Program-made: the position numbers and the translations under genes
In this document: positions 7,529 through 13,412 of the stretch, one piece after another
Layout: each line of letters begins with the position of its first letter
Position numbering within the stretch: position 1 is the stretch's first letter
Notes under the pieces: model-generated
Databases searched by the model: none
What the model was told of the DNA's origin: nothing
What the model saw: the letters and a program-made list of their open reading frames with translations, nothing else
Source of the DNA: Methanobacteriota archaeon
GTDB lineage: Archaea > Thermoplasmatota > DTKX01 > VGTL01
Direction: 5' to 3'
Length of the DNA stretch: 16,951 nt
NCBI GenBank assembly: GCA_016874675.1
Contig: VGTL01000071.1
Location: 1 to 16,951 of the forward strand

Positions 7529-8309
7529 CGAATCCGGGCGCCCCCACCGCCCTTCCCCTTCCCGGCCTTGTCGAGCGCCGGATGGCCTCCGCCACCCGGG
7601 CCTTGGCGAACAGGACCGCATTCTCCAGCGGCATCCCCGTGGCCAGCATGCCCGCGACCAGCGCCGACAGCATGCACCCGGCGCCGTGAACGTCCCTCTT
7701 GTGCCTGCGCGCGGCGAGGAAATGGAACTCGCCATCGTAGAACAGGTCGCGGGCGTCCCGCCCGGAGAGATGCCCGCCCTTGAGAAGGACGTTTTGGGCG
7801 CCCATCCGGCTGAGCGCCGCGCAGGCGAGCTTCATGGAATCCAGCCCGTCCATCCTGACGCCCGTGAGCGTCCCGGCCTCGGCGATGTTGGGCGTTACCA
7901 GCAGGGCCGCCGGCAGCAACCTCCTCCGGATGGCGCCCACCAGATCGGGCCGCGCCAGAGGCGCCCCGTGAGTCGCCGAGAGCACCGGGTCGACGACGAG
8001 GGGCGTGCCCTCTTTCCGCATCCTGTCGGCCACCACACTGACGATTCCCGCATCGTGCAGCATGCCCGTCTTGGCCGCTGCAACATCGAAATCGTCGTAC
8101 ACGGCGTCGAGCTGCGCCCGCACGACCCTGGGCGGCACGGGATTGGCGGACCGGACACCCTGCGTGTTCTGCACGGTCACCGCGGTGACCACGGAGCACC
8201 CGTGCACACCGGCGGAAGCGAAGCACCTGAGGTCCATCTGGAGGCCGGCGCCCCCTGACGGGTCGGAACCGGCAATCGTCAGCGCCACCCCGGGCCTCTT
8301 CAGGGGCAC
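7467..8309 (-). CDS. thiD: hydroxymethylpyrimidine/phosphomethylpyrimidine kinase ThiD
   Basis: The N-terminus (VALTIAGSDPSGGAGLQMDLRCFASAGVHGCSVVTAVTVQNTQGV) and later segments (LLKGGHL, THGAGCMLSALVA) align convincingly with bacterial and archaeal ThiD. The start is a GTG at 8309. The last ~20 codons overlap the 3' end of the convergent giant gene (7467-7528). Confidence 0.85.
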   Translation of the reverse strand: MPLKRPGVALTIAGSDPSGGAGLQMDLRCFASAGVHGCSVVTAVTVQNTQGVRSANPVPPRVVRAQLDAVYDDFDVAAAKTGMLHDAGIVSVVADRMRKEGTPLVVDPVLSATHGAPLARPDLVGAIRRRLLPAALLVTPNIAEAGTLTGVRMDGLDSMKLACAALSRMGAQNVLLKGGHLSGRDARDLFYDGEFHFLAARRHKRDVHGAGCMLSALVAGMLATGMPLENAVLFAKARVAEAIRRSTRPGRGRAVGAPGFVSISSALYTSRSFRSRGRLS

Positions 8310-8344
8310 GGAAGGGAATCGCTTTCTGGGGTTTTAATGATTAA

Positions 8345-8540
8345 GGGGCAAGGGAGCGAGGGAAAAGGCAGCAAGGCAGCAAGGCAGCAAGGCAGCAAGG
8401 GAGAAAGGGAGCCGGGACGCCGCGTTTCAGTCCCCCGTTCCCTTTCACCGTTTCTCCCTTGCTCCCTTGCTGCCTTGCTGCCTTGCTGCCCTGCTGCCCT
8501 GCTGCCCTGCTGCCTTTTCCCTCGCGCCCTGCGCCTTGCC
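8345..8540. repeat. large imperfect GC-rich palindrome built from tandem octamers (GGCAGCAA x4 / TTGCTGCC and CTGCTGCC x6-7)
   Basis: gcgagggaaaagg (8357-8369) is the exact reverse complement of ccttttccctcgc (8515-8527). Between them lie (ggcagcaa)4 on the left and (ttgctgcc)3(ctgctgcc)3 on the right. Near the centre, gggagaaaggg (8399-8409) pairs with ccgtttctccc (8449-8459). The centre is around 8430. It sits between the divergent thiD and DUF116-like genes. Confidence 0.85.
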
Positions 8541-8568
8541 TTCAAATATACCAATAAGTTCATAAAGG

Positions 8569-8585
8569 AAATTATTATAAATAGG
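8569..8585 (+). promoter_or_regulatory. putative TATA box (attattataaatag) for the DUF116-like gene
   Basis: It is the only A/T-rich island between the palindrome and the GTG at 8637. The leader contains a small hairpin, ccgggggtc-ccaaa-gaccccgg, at 8600-8621. Confidence 0.4.
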
Positions 8586-8636
8586 AATCGGTTACCAGAC
8601 CGGGGGTCCCAAAGACCCCGGCCTGTCAGGAAAAGG

Positions 8637-9947
8637 GTGGCACCGGTGCGCAAGAAGACCGCCATAAGCGATACCATGCTGGCGCTCTACAACCGGCTCC
8701 AGCGCGACAAGTTCCGCGCCGTTCCGGCCAGCCGCAGGATTCTCTTCCTGCCCCACTGCCTGCGCAAGCCCCGGGGCTGCCGGGCCGACAACACCCCCGA
8801 CGGGCTGGTCTGCAAGCGCTGCTCCCCGGACTGCTCCGTCAACCGCCTCTCCGCCTACGCCGTTTCAAAGGGCTACCGGTGCTTCATAGTCCCCGGCGGC
8901 GAGATGCTCTTCAACATCGTCGAGCGCGAGAGGCCCGGCGGCATCATCGGCGTCGCCTGCCACCACGAGATGGGCCAGGCGGCCGACCGCATCACCGGCG
9001 GCGAATCATCCGTCCCGTTCGCCTACCAGGGCGTCACGCTCAGAAAGAGCGGCTGCGTCGACACGAAGGTGAACGAGGCGGCCGTGATGGCCGTCATCGA
9101 CCTTTCGGGCCCGTCGCCCGGGGCCGCGCCCTCGGTTCCCTCGGAGGCCGCCGGCCTCTCGCGCCGCACCATCTACAAGCGCGCCGGCGGCGTGGCCGCC
9201 GCGGTGACGGTCGCCCTGGCGGCGATGTTCTTGCTCCTCCCGGGCCTGTTCCCGGCGGCGCTCGAGCGGCCGTCCGCCCCGGAGCCGGCCATATCGTATT
9301 CGTCCAACCCGACCGCCCGGTATTACAAGGACCAGGGGGGCAACCCGTGGGCGGAGGTGAAGGCCACCGTCCACAACGGCGGCCCGGGCGAGGCCCGGAA
9401 CATGCTCGTTCGGGCCACGGCCTTCTACTGCGGCAAGCCCTTCGAGCCCGACAAGGGCGGGGTCCAGGTGGTCCCCCTCAACGGGACGCTGAAGGCGGGC
9501 GGGCGCGCCGAAGCCCTCGTGCAGGTCAGGGTCCACGGGTTCAACGACACCTCGATAACCGTCGAGACGTTGCGCCACAACATGGTGGAGCTCGTCGGCG
9601 TGATCAAGGCGCCCAAGGCGGTCTTCCTGCGCAACGCCGGGGTCACCGGCTACGAGGTCTCCCTGTCCAGCGGCAAGAGGGCCAACCTGAGCGTCCAGGT
9701 CTACAACGAGGGCCCCGGCAGGTCCTCGGGCTCCCTGCGCATCGTCGCCACCTCCTACTCCTCGTTCGGCGTCTGGACGGGCACCGCCGAAGTGGCGCAG
9801 GAGAGGTTCCTGCCTTCCGGCGACACCTGGACGTCGAACTTCCAGGTCAAGGTCTCCGAGCTCGACCCCGGCCACCCGAGGTTCTCGGTCGAGCTCTACG
9901 AGGGCCAGAGCCAGCTCCCCACAGACGTCGCCTGGTTCGACGGTTGA
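8637..9947 (+). CDS. DUF116-like Cys-rich cytoplasmic domain + TM helix + two Ig-like (CARDB-like) extracellular domains
   Basis: The N-terminal region (RRILFLPHCLRKPRGCRADN..CKRCSPDCSVN..GYRCFIVPGG..GIIGVACHHEM) matches my memory of the DUF116 family (COG1852), with moderate confidence. One TM helix follows (VAAAVTVALAAMFLLLPGLF). Two ~100-aa domains carry V.NxGxG motifs typical of CARDB/Ig-like folds. The GTG at 8637 has an SD-like aaagggtgg; an alternative ATG lies at 8676. The ORF-track N-terminal extension from 8337 merely translates the palindrome. Confidence 0.6.
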   Translation: MAPVRKKTAISDTMLALYNRLQRDKFRAVPASRRILFLPHCLRKPRGCRADNTPDGLVCKRCSPDCSVNRLSAYAVSKGYRCFIVPGGEMLFNIVERERPGGIIGVACHHEMGQAADRITGGESSVPFAYQGVTLRKSGCVDTKVNEAAVMAVIDLSGPSPGAAPSVPSEAAGLSRRTIYKRAGGVAAAVTVALAAMFLLLPGLFPAALERPSAPEPAISYSSNPTARYYKDQGGNPWAEVKATVHNGGPGEARNMLVRATAFYCGKPFEPDKGGVQVVPLNGTLKAGGRAEALVQVRVHGFNDTSITVETLRHNMVELVGVIKAPKAVFLRNAGVTGYEVSLSSGKRANLSVQVYNEGPGRSSGSLRIVATSYSSFGVWTGTAEVAQERFLPSGDTWTSNFQVKVSELDPGHPRFSVELYEGQSQLPTDVAWFDG

Positions 9948-9953
9948 GGGGGC

Positions 9954-9994
9954 CGCTTTTTTCATATTCCCAGTAGGAATTTCAACTCTTTTTC
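9954..9994 (+). terminator. oligo-T archaeal-type terminator after the DUF116-like gene
   Basis: gccgcttttttcat lies immediately after the stop at 9947, and a second T5 (ctctttttcc) occurs at 9990. Confidence 0.45.
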
Positions 9995-10000
9995 CAGCAA

Positions 10001-10176
10001 GGAGGAAGGCGCGAGGCGCAGGGCGCAAGGCTTGGGGGGAAAGGCGCAAGGGAAAAGGGACAAGGGGGAAGGGCGGCGGGGACAGCGCGACCCCCCGGGC
10101 CCCTTTCCCCTCGCGCCATGACCCTTGCGCCTTGCGCCCTGCGCCCTGCGCCTTCCCTCGCGTCTTCCCGCGTCCT
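10001..10176. repeat. large imperfect GC-rich palindrome, GGCGCAAG/GGCGCAGG-unit variant
   Basis: The left arm reads ggcgcgaggcgcagggcgcaaggc..ggcgcaagggaaaaggg. The right arm reads cccttgcgccttgcgccctgcgccctgcgccttccctcgcg. The centre is around 10085. It shares the gggaaaagg / caaggg core with the other two elements. Confidence 0.8.
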
Positions 10177-10177
10177 T

Positions 10178-10194
10178 GGCCCCGGCCCGGGGCC
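10178..10194. promoter_or_regulatory. perfect 17-bp palindrome ggccccgg-c-ccggggcc just upstream of the V4R gene TATA box
   Basis: The sequence is reverse-complement symmetric about an odd centre. It lies ~12 bp upstream of the TATA-like aacatttatagc at 10205-10216, the position where a BRE or operator would sit. Confidence 0.3.
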
Positions 10195-10204
10195 CGAGAC
10201 CAAA

Positions 10205-10216
10205 AACATTTATAGC
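10205..10216 (+). promoter_or_regulatory. putative TATA box for the V4R-domain gene
   Basis: The A/T island catttatag lies 43 nt upstream of the GTG at 10259, with ggagcg between them. Confidence 0.4.
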
Positions 10217-10258
10217 AAGCTGCCTTATGTGAAAAACGCCCGGAGCGCGTGATGGCCA

Positions 10259-10726
10259 GTGATTGACGAGGACGGCCGGTTCGTGAAGTACCGCAGGACC
10301 GACATCATCGCCGTGCGGCGGCTGGAGGAATCGTTCATGCACGACGCCGCCTACGGCCTGCTCTTCCGGGCCGGCCAGGCTGTCGGCTCGCGCATCGCGC
10401 GCAACGCCCGGCCCTACAAGCAGCAGTACTTCGAGGCCGCCCGGCGCATGCTCATCGACGAGGGCTGGGTCCGGGACATCCAGTTCCAAGACGACCTCGT
10501 GACCGCCGCCGCCTCCATCGAGACCGAGAAGGGCGCCGCCAGGAACTCCTGCCACATGCTCCGGGGAATTGTCGCCAAGGTCTACGAGGGCTACTTCGGC
10601 AAGCTCATGAACTGCGCCGAGTCGGAGTGCGAGAGCACCGGCCGGCCCCGCTGCGTCCTCAAGGTGAGCTTCCAAAACAACGGCGACAGGACGCGCAAGG
10701 CCAATGGGAACAACGCCATGCAGTGA
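10259..10726 (+). CDS. V4R (vinyl-4-reductase-like) domain protein
   Basis: The C-terminal sequence AESECESTGRPRCVLKV fits the V4R signature E-x-x-C-x-x-x-G-x-x-x-C-x-h-x-h. Size (155 aa) fits this archaeal small-molecule-binding family. The start is a GTG. An in-frame upstream ATG at 10252 stops after 4 codons. Confidence 0.55.
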   Translation: MIDEDGRFVKYRRTDIIAVRRLEESFMHDAAYGLLFRAGQAVGSRIARNARPYKQQYFEAARRMLIDEGWVRDIQFQDDLVTAAASIETEKGAARNSCHMLRGIVAKVYEGYFGKLMNCAESECESTGRPRCVLKVSFQNNGDRTRKANGNNAMQ

Positions 10727-10732
10727 CCTATT

Positions 10733-10897
10733 GGGAGCAAGGGAGAAAGGCAGCAAGGCAGCAAGGCAGCAAGGCAGCAAGGCAGCAAGGCAGAAAGGCA
10801 GAAAGGGAGGCAGGAAGGCAGCAAGGGGGGACGTGAAGAGCCGTCGTTCCGCTGCCCTGCTGCCTTTCTGCCTTCCTGCCTTGCTGCCTTTCCCTAG
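10733..10897. repeat. large imperfect GC-rich palindrome, GGCAGCAA-unit variant (asymmetric; left arm has ~4 extra units)
   Basis: The left arm reads gggagcaagggagaaagg(cagcaagg)5 cagaaagg cagaaaggg aggcaggaaggcagcaagggggg. The right arm reads cgctgccctgctgcctttctgccttcctgccttgctgcctttccctag. The outer gggagaaaggcagcaagg pairs with ccttgctgcctttccc. It fills the whole gap between the convergent stops at 10726 and 10894. Confidence 0.85.
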
Positions 10898-11283
10898 CCG
10901 TACCCGTCCATCTCCGTCCGGATGGCCGTGGACCTTGAGACGCACTCGGTGCGGTGGCGGATGAAGTCCTTTATCGTGTTGCGGAGGACGGTGGTGTTGA
11001 CCTCGCCGACTATGTCGCCGATGGGGCGGCCGCGGCAGAAGAACTTGATGGTCGGGACGCCCATTATGCCAAAGCGCGCCGCGAGCGTCGCGTGGGCGGC
11101 GGCGTTCAGGCGCGTGAAGCGGGCCTCCGCGCCCATCTCCGCCGAGAGCGCCTCGTACACGGGCCTCAGGGCGGCGCAGTTGGGGCAGGTGTCCGTGTAG
11201 AACTCGACGACCACGAGGCGGTCCCCCTGCTCCAGCGCCTCGCCGAAGGAGGTGGGGTCGAGCTCCAGGACGGTGCCGGCCAT
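10894..11283 (-). CDS. thioredoxin (CPNC active-site variant)
   Basis: VVVEFYTDTCPNCAAL and GVPTIKFF show thioredoxin-fold spacing. The protein is 129 aa. The ATG at 11283 has a TATA-like ggatatatagtg 24-34 nt upstream on its own strand. Confidence 0.8.
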   Translation of the reverse strand: MAGTVLELDPTSFGEALEQGDRLVVVEFYTDTCPNCAALRPVYEALSAEMGAEARFTRLNAAAHATLAARFGIMGVPTIKFFCRGRPIGDIVGEVNTTVLRNTIKDFIRHRTECVSRSTAIRTEMDGYG

Positions 11284-11376
11284 CGGGGCCCGAATCGCCC
11301 TGCCGCACTATATATCCGTTCCCGCCCGCAGTATTAATATATGATAAACTGTAATTGCCTCCCGAGAGGGAGCCGC
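11284..11376. promoter_or_regulatory. divergent promoter region with two TATA-like boxes
   Basis: cactatatatcc (11306-11317) serves the minus-strand thioredoxin. agtattaatatatgataaa (11330-11348) serves the plus-strand array; an SD-like gagggag lies 5 nt before the ATG at 11377. Confidence 0.5.
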
Positions 11377-11856
11377 ATGGGTTTGATGAACACCTATTAC
11401 ACGTATGTGCACGGAAAAAGGAAGGAGGACGACATCGCGGTGCGAAAGCGCATCGTCTCCGAGATACAGAAGTCCCGCACCAACATCATCAACATGCTGG
11501 AGGAATCGTCGGTCTCGAAGCAGAAGGAGACCGTCGACTTCTGCCGGCGCGCGGTGGACGAGCTCGACGGCTTCGCAAACGAGGTCGACCTCTCCGAGAT
11601 GGGGCACCGCTACCCGTTCTTCTCCATCCAGCGGACCACCGACTCCGGGGCCATCGAGAAGCTCGTCGGCTTCGACCGCACGATAATCGACCGGATGCAG
11701 AACGTGACCGAGGCCACGCTGCGCCTGCACGACCTGATGATAGAGAGGAAGGCGGGCCTGGACGCCACGACCGAGCTCAAGAAGGTGAGGCAGTACATCT
11801 CCAACGCCCGGAACGCGTACAAGGACCGCCGGGACTTCATAAGGGGGCTGAGATGA
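11377..11856 (+). CDS. hypothetical ~159-aa predominantly helical protein; first gene of the zinc-ribbon/SPFH array
   Basis: The ORF shows good codon bias and has an SD. The ORF-track start at 11341 lies inside the TATA box and is rejected in favour of the ATG at 11377. Its stop overlaps the next gene's start (ATGA). No family is recognised. Confidence 0.6.
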   Translation: MGLMNTYYTYVHGKRKEDDIAVRKRIVSEIQKSRTNIINMLEESSVSKQKETVDFCRRAVDELDGFANEVDLSEMGHRYPFFSIQRTTDSGAIEKLVGFDRTIIDRMQNVTEATLRLHDLMIERKAGLDATTELKKVRQYISNARNAYKDRRDFIRGLR

Positions 11857-13400
11857 TGGTGTGGACCTGGAAGGAGTTCGACAACAAGGGCAACGTGGTC
11901 AACGACGTGGGGATGGTCGCCCGGCTCCTGAGCCAGACCGACATCCACGGGATACTCAGGCAGGATGTGATCGTCAACCCGGGCGAGGCGTGCGTGTTCA
12001 TCAAGGACGGCAAGATCGAGGACGTGATGACCCAGACGCGCCTCAAGGAGGTCGGGGGCGGGTTCATGAACTGGCTTCGGGGGAAGATGAGCGTCGGGAC
12101 GAACGTCAACCTGCTCTTCATCGACACCACGCCCATCGACCTCCAGTTCCCCATCGCGGCGACCACCAAGGACTACGCCGAGATAAAGGGCGCCTGCACC
12201 GTGCGCATCCAGATAATCCCCGAGAACGCCACGAAGATAATCAACATGATGAGGCGCGCCCCGGTCAAGTCCGACCTCGTCCCCGGCTTCCTCTGGGACA
12301 GCGTCCGCACCGGCCAGGTGCTCACCCGCGAGGTCATCCAGTCCCGGCTCAGCGAGGAGCTCGTGGCCACGGTTTTCACCGCGCAGATAGCGCAGTACAC
12401 CGCCCCCGAGTTCCGGGGCAACGTCGAGATACTGCGCAACATGGAGAACCAGGCCCAGCTCGAGATGAGGAAGTCTTTGGAGATGTGGGGGCTGAGCCTC
12501 CTGCGCCTCTTCACGGTCTGGGGCAAGACCGACTTCGACGGCGTGATGGCCGCCCAGAGGCAGTACTCGATGCAGCTCCAGTCGTGGGACGGGGTGCAGA
12601 ACCTCTACCACTCGGGCGTCCTGGCCGACCTGCGGCGCCAGCAGGAGAAGGCGATGACGGAGCAGGCCGACAAGTGGGCCCGGGTGCGCGGCGGGGTCGC
12701 CGGCGAGGAATCGGTGACGACCCAGCGCGTCATCTCGCAGAAGGACCGCGACCAGATAGCGGCCGAGGCCGACGTCAAGCGCCAGAAGACCACGGCGACG
12801 GGCCTCGAGGACATCGCCACCATGCGCACCGAGCAGGAGGTCAAGCGCATCGACATCCAGCACGGCCAGGACATGAAGATGAAGCGCGACGGGCTCGGCT
12901 TCGAGAAGGACAAGCAGATGACCCGGCTCGACGTCGAGGCGCGCGAGGACGAGCAGGACGCCGTCCAGATGAGGCGGCTCATCGAGATGAAGAAGGACAT
13001 GAAGAGCCACTCGGTGGACCAGGACATCCGGCGCCATGCCGGCATCGAGATGGAGTCCAAGCGGCTCGACTCGATGACCGCCATCGAGCTTGCGAAGCTC
13101 GAGGCCGAGAAGGCCAAGGCGCTGGCCCAGGCCGACGCCGAGAAGGCCCGGTACTCGATGGAGACCTTCACGCGCGCCGAGGACCGCGAGCGGGCCCACC
13201 AGTACCAGATGACCGGGCTGTCGTCGAACATGATGCAGGCCTCCAAGCAGGGCACGCCGCAGACGCTCGTGCAGGGCGGCGGCTTCACCTCGACCTCCAT
13301 CGGCCACGGGCCCGGGGGCGACGACACGACCATGTGCCCCAACTGCGGCGAGAAGGTGAGGAAGGGCAAGTTCTGCCTGAGCTGCGGCGCCAAGCTCTGA
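11853..13400 (+). CDS. SPFH/Band-7-like protein with charged coiled-coil region and C-terminal zinc ribbon (COG4260; B. subtilis YdjI-like)
   Basis: The N-terminal segments VIVNPGEACVFIKDGKIEDV and NVNLLFIDTTPIDLQFP match the conserved xPGxxAxFxxxGKI and LhFhxT blocks of the SPFH-with-Zn-ribbon family as I recall it. A long K/E/R/D/Q-rich helical segment follows. The protein ends in CPNCGEKVRKGKFCLSCG. The start is an ATG at 11853 with an aggggg SD. The other two forward frames over this span give R/G/P-rich nonsense. Confidence 0.75.
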   Translation: MMVWTWKEFDNKGNVVNDVGMVARLLSQTDIHGILRQDVIVNPGEACVFIKDGKIEDVMTQTRLKEVGGGFMNWLRGKMSVGTNVNLLFIDTTPIDLQFPIAATTKDYAEIKGACTVRIQIIPENATKIINMMRRAPVKSDLVPGFLWDSVRTGQVLTREVIQSRLSEELVATVFTAQIAQYTAPEFRGNVEILRNMENQAQLEMRKSLEMWGLSLLRLFTVWGKTDFDGVMAAQRQYSMQLQSWDGVQNLYHSGVLADLRRQQEKAMTEQADKWARVRGGVAGEESVTTQRVISQKDRDQIAAEADVKRQKTTATGLEDIATMRTEQEVKRIDIQHGQDMKMKRDGLGFEKDKQMTRLDVEAREDEQDAVQMRRLIEMKKDMKSHSVDQDIRRHAGIEMESKRLDSMTAIELAKLEAEKAKALAQADAEKARYSMETFTRAEDRERAHQYQMTGLSSNMMQASKQGTPQTLVQGGGFTSTSIGHGPGGDDTTMCPNCGEKVRKGKFCLSCGAKL

Positions 13401-13412
13401 GGGGGCGGTCCC

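Noticed and set aside
2426-7735. 1769-aa minus-strand ORF antisense to the giant gene
   Set aside because: The translation is R/G/A/P/V-rich nonsense with no domain structure. It is a stop-codon-poor shadow frame, typical of ~65% GC DNA. The plus frame has a clear signal peptide and repeat architecture.
7568-8258. Plus-strand ORFs 7568..7783, 7686..8258 and minus-strand ORF 7459..8226 in the thiD region
   Set aside because: These are alternative-frame or antisense overlaps of a gene whose minus-strand frame 7467..8309 aligns end-to-end with ThiD.
8337-8636. ORF-track N-terminal extension of the DUF116-like gene (MIKGQGSEGKGSKAARQQGSK..AALLPCCPAALLPCC..)
   Set aside because: It is simply the palindrome's octamer repeats read in frame. 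The TATA box lies downstream of it, and the real start is at 8637 or 8676.
8345-10897. Possibility that the octamer tandem repeats are a CRISPR array
   Set aside because: The units are contiguous 8-mers with no spacers, and each array faces its own reverse complement. This is palindrome or microsatellite structure, not a repeat-spacer array.
9006-11308. Minus-strand ORFs 9006..10049 and 9962..11308
   Set aside because: The first is antisense to the DUF116-like gene. The second runs through the palindromes and the V4R gene antisense, then merges into the thioredoxin frame. Only 10894..11283 has a thioredoxin-like sequence.
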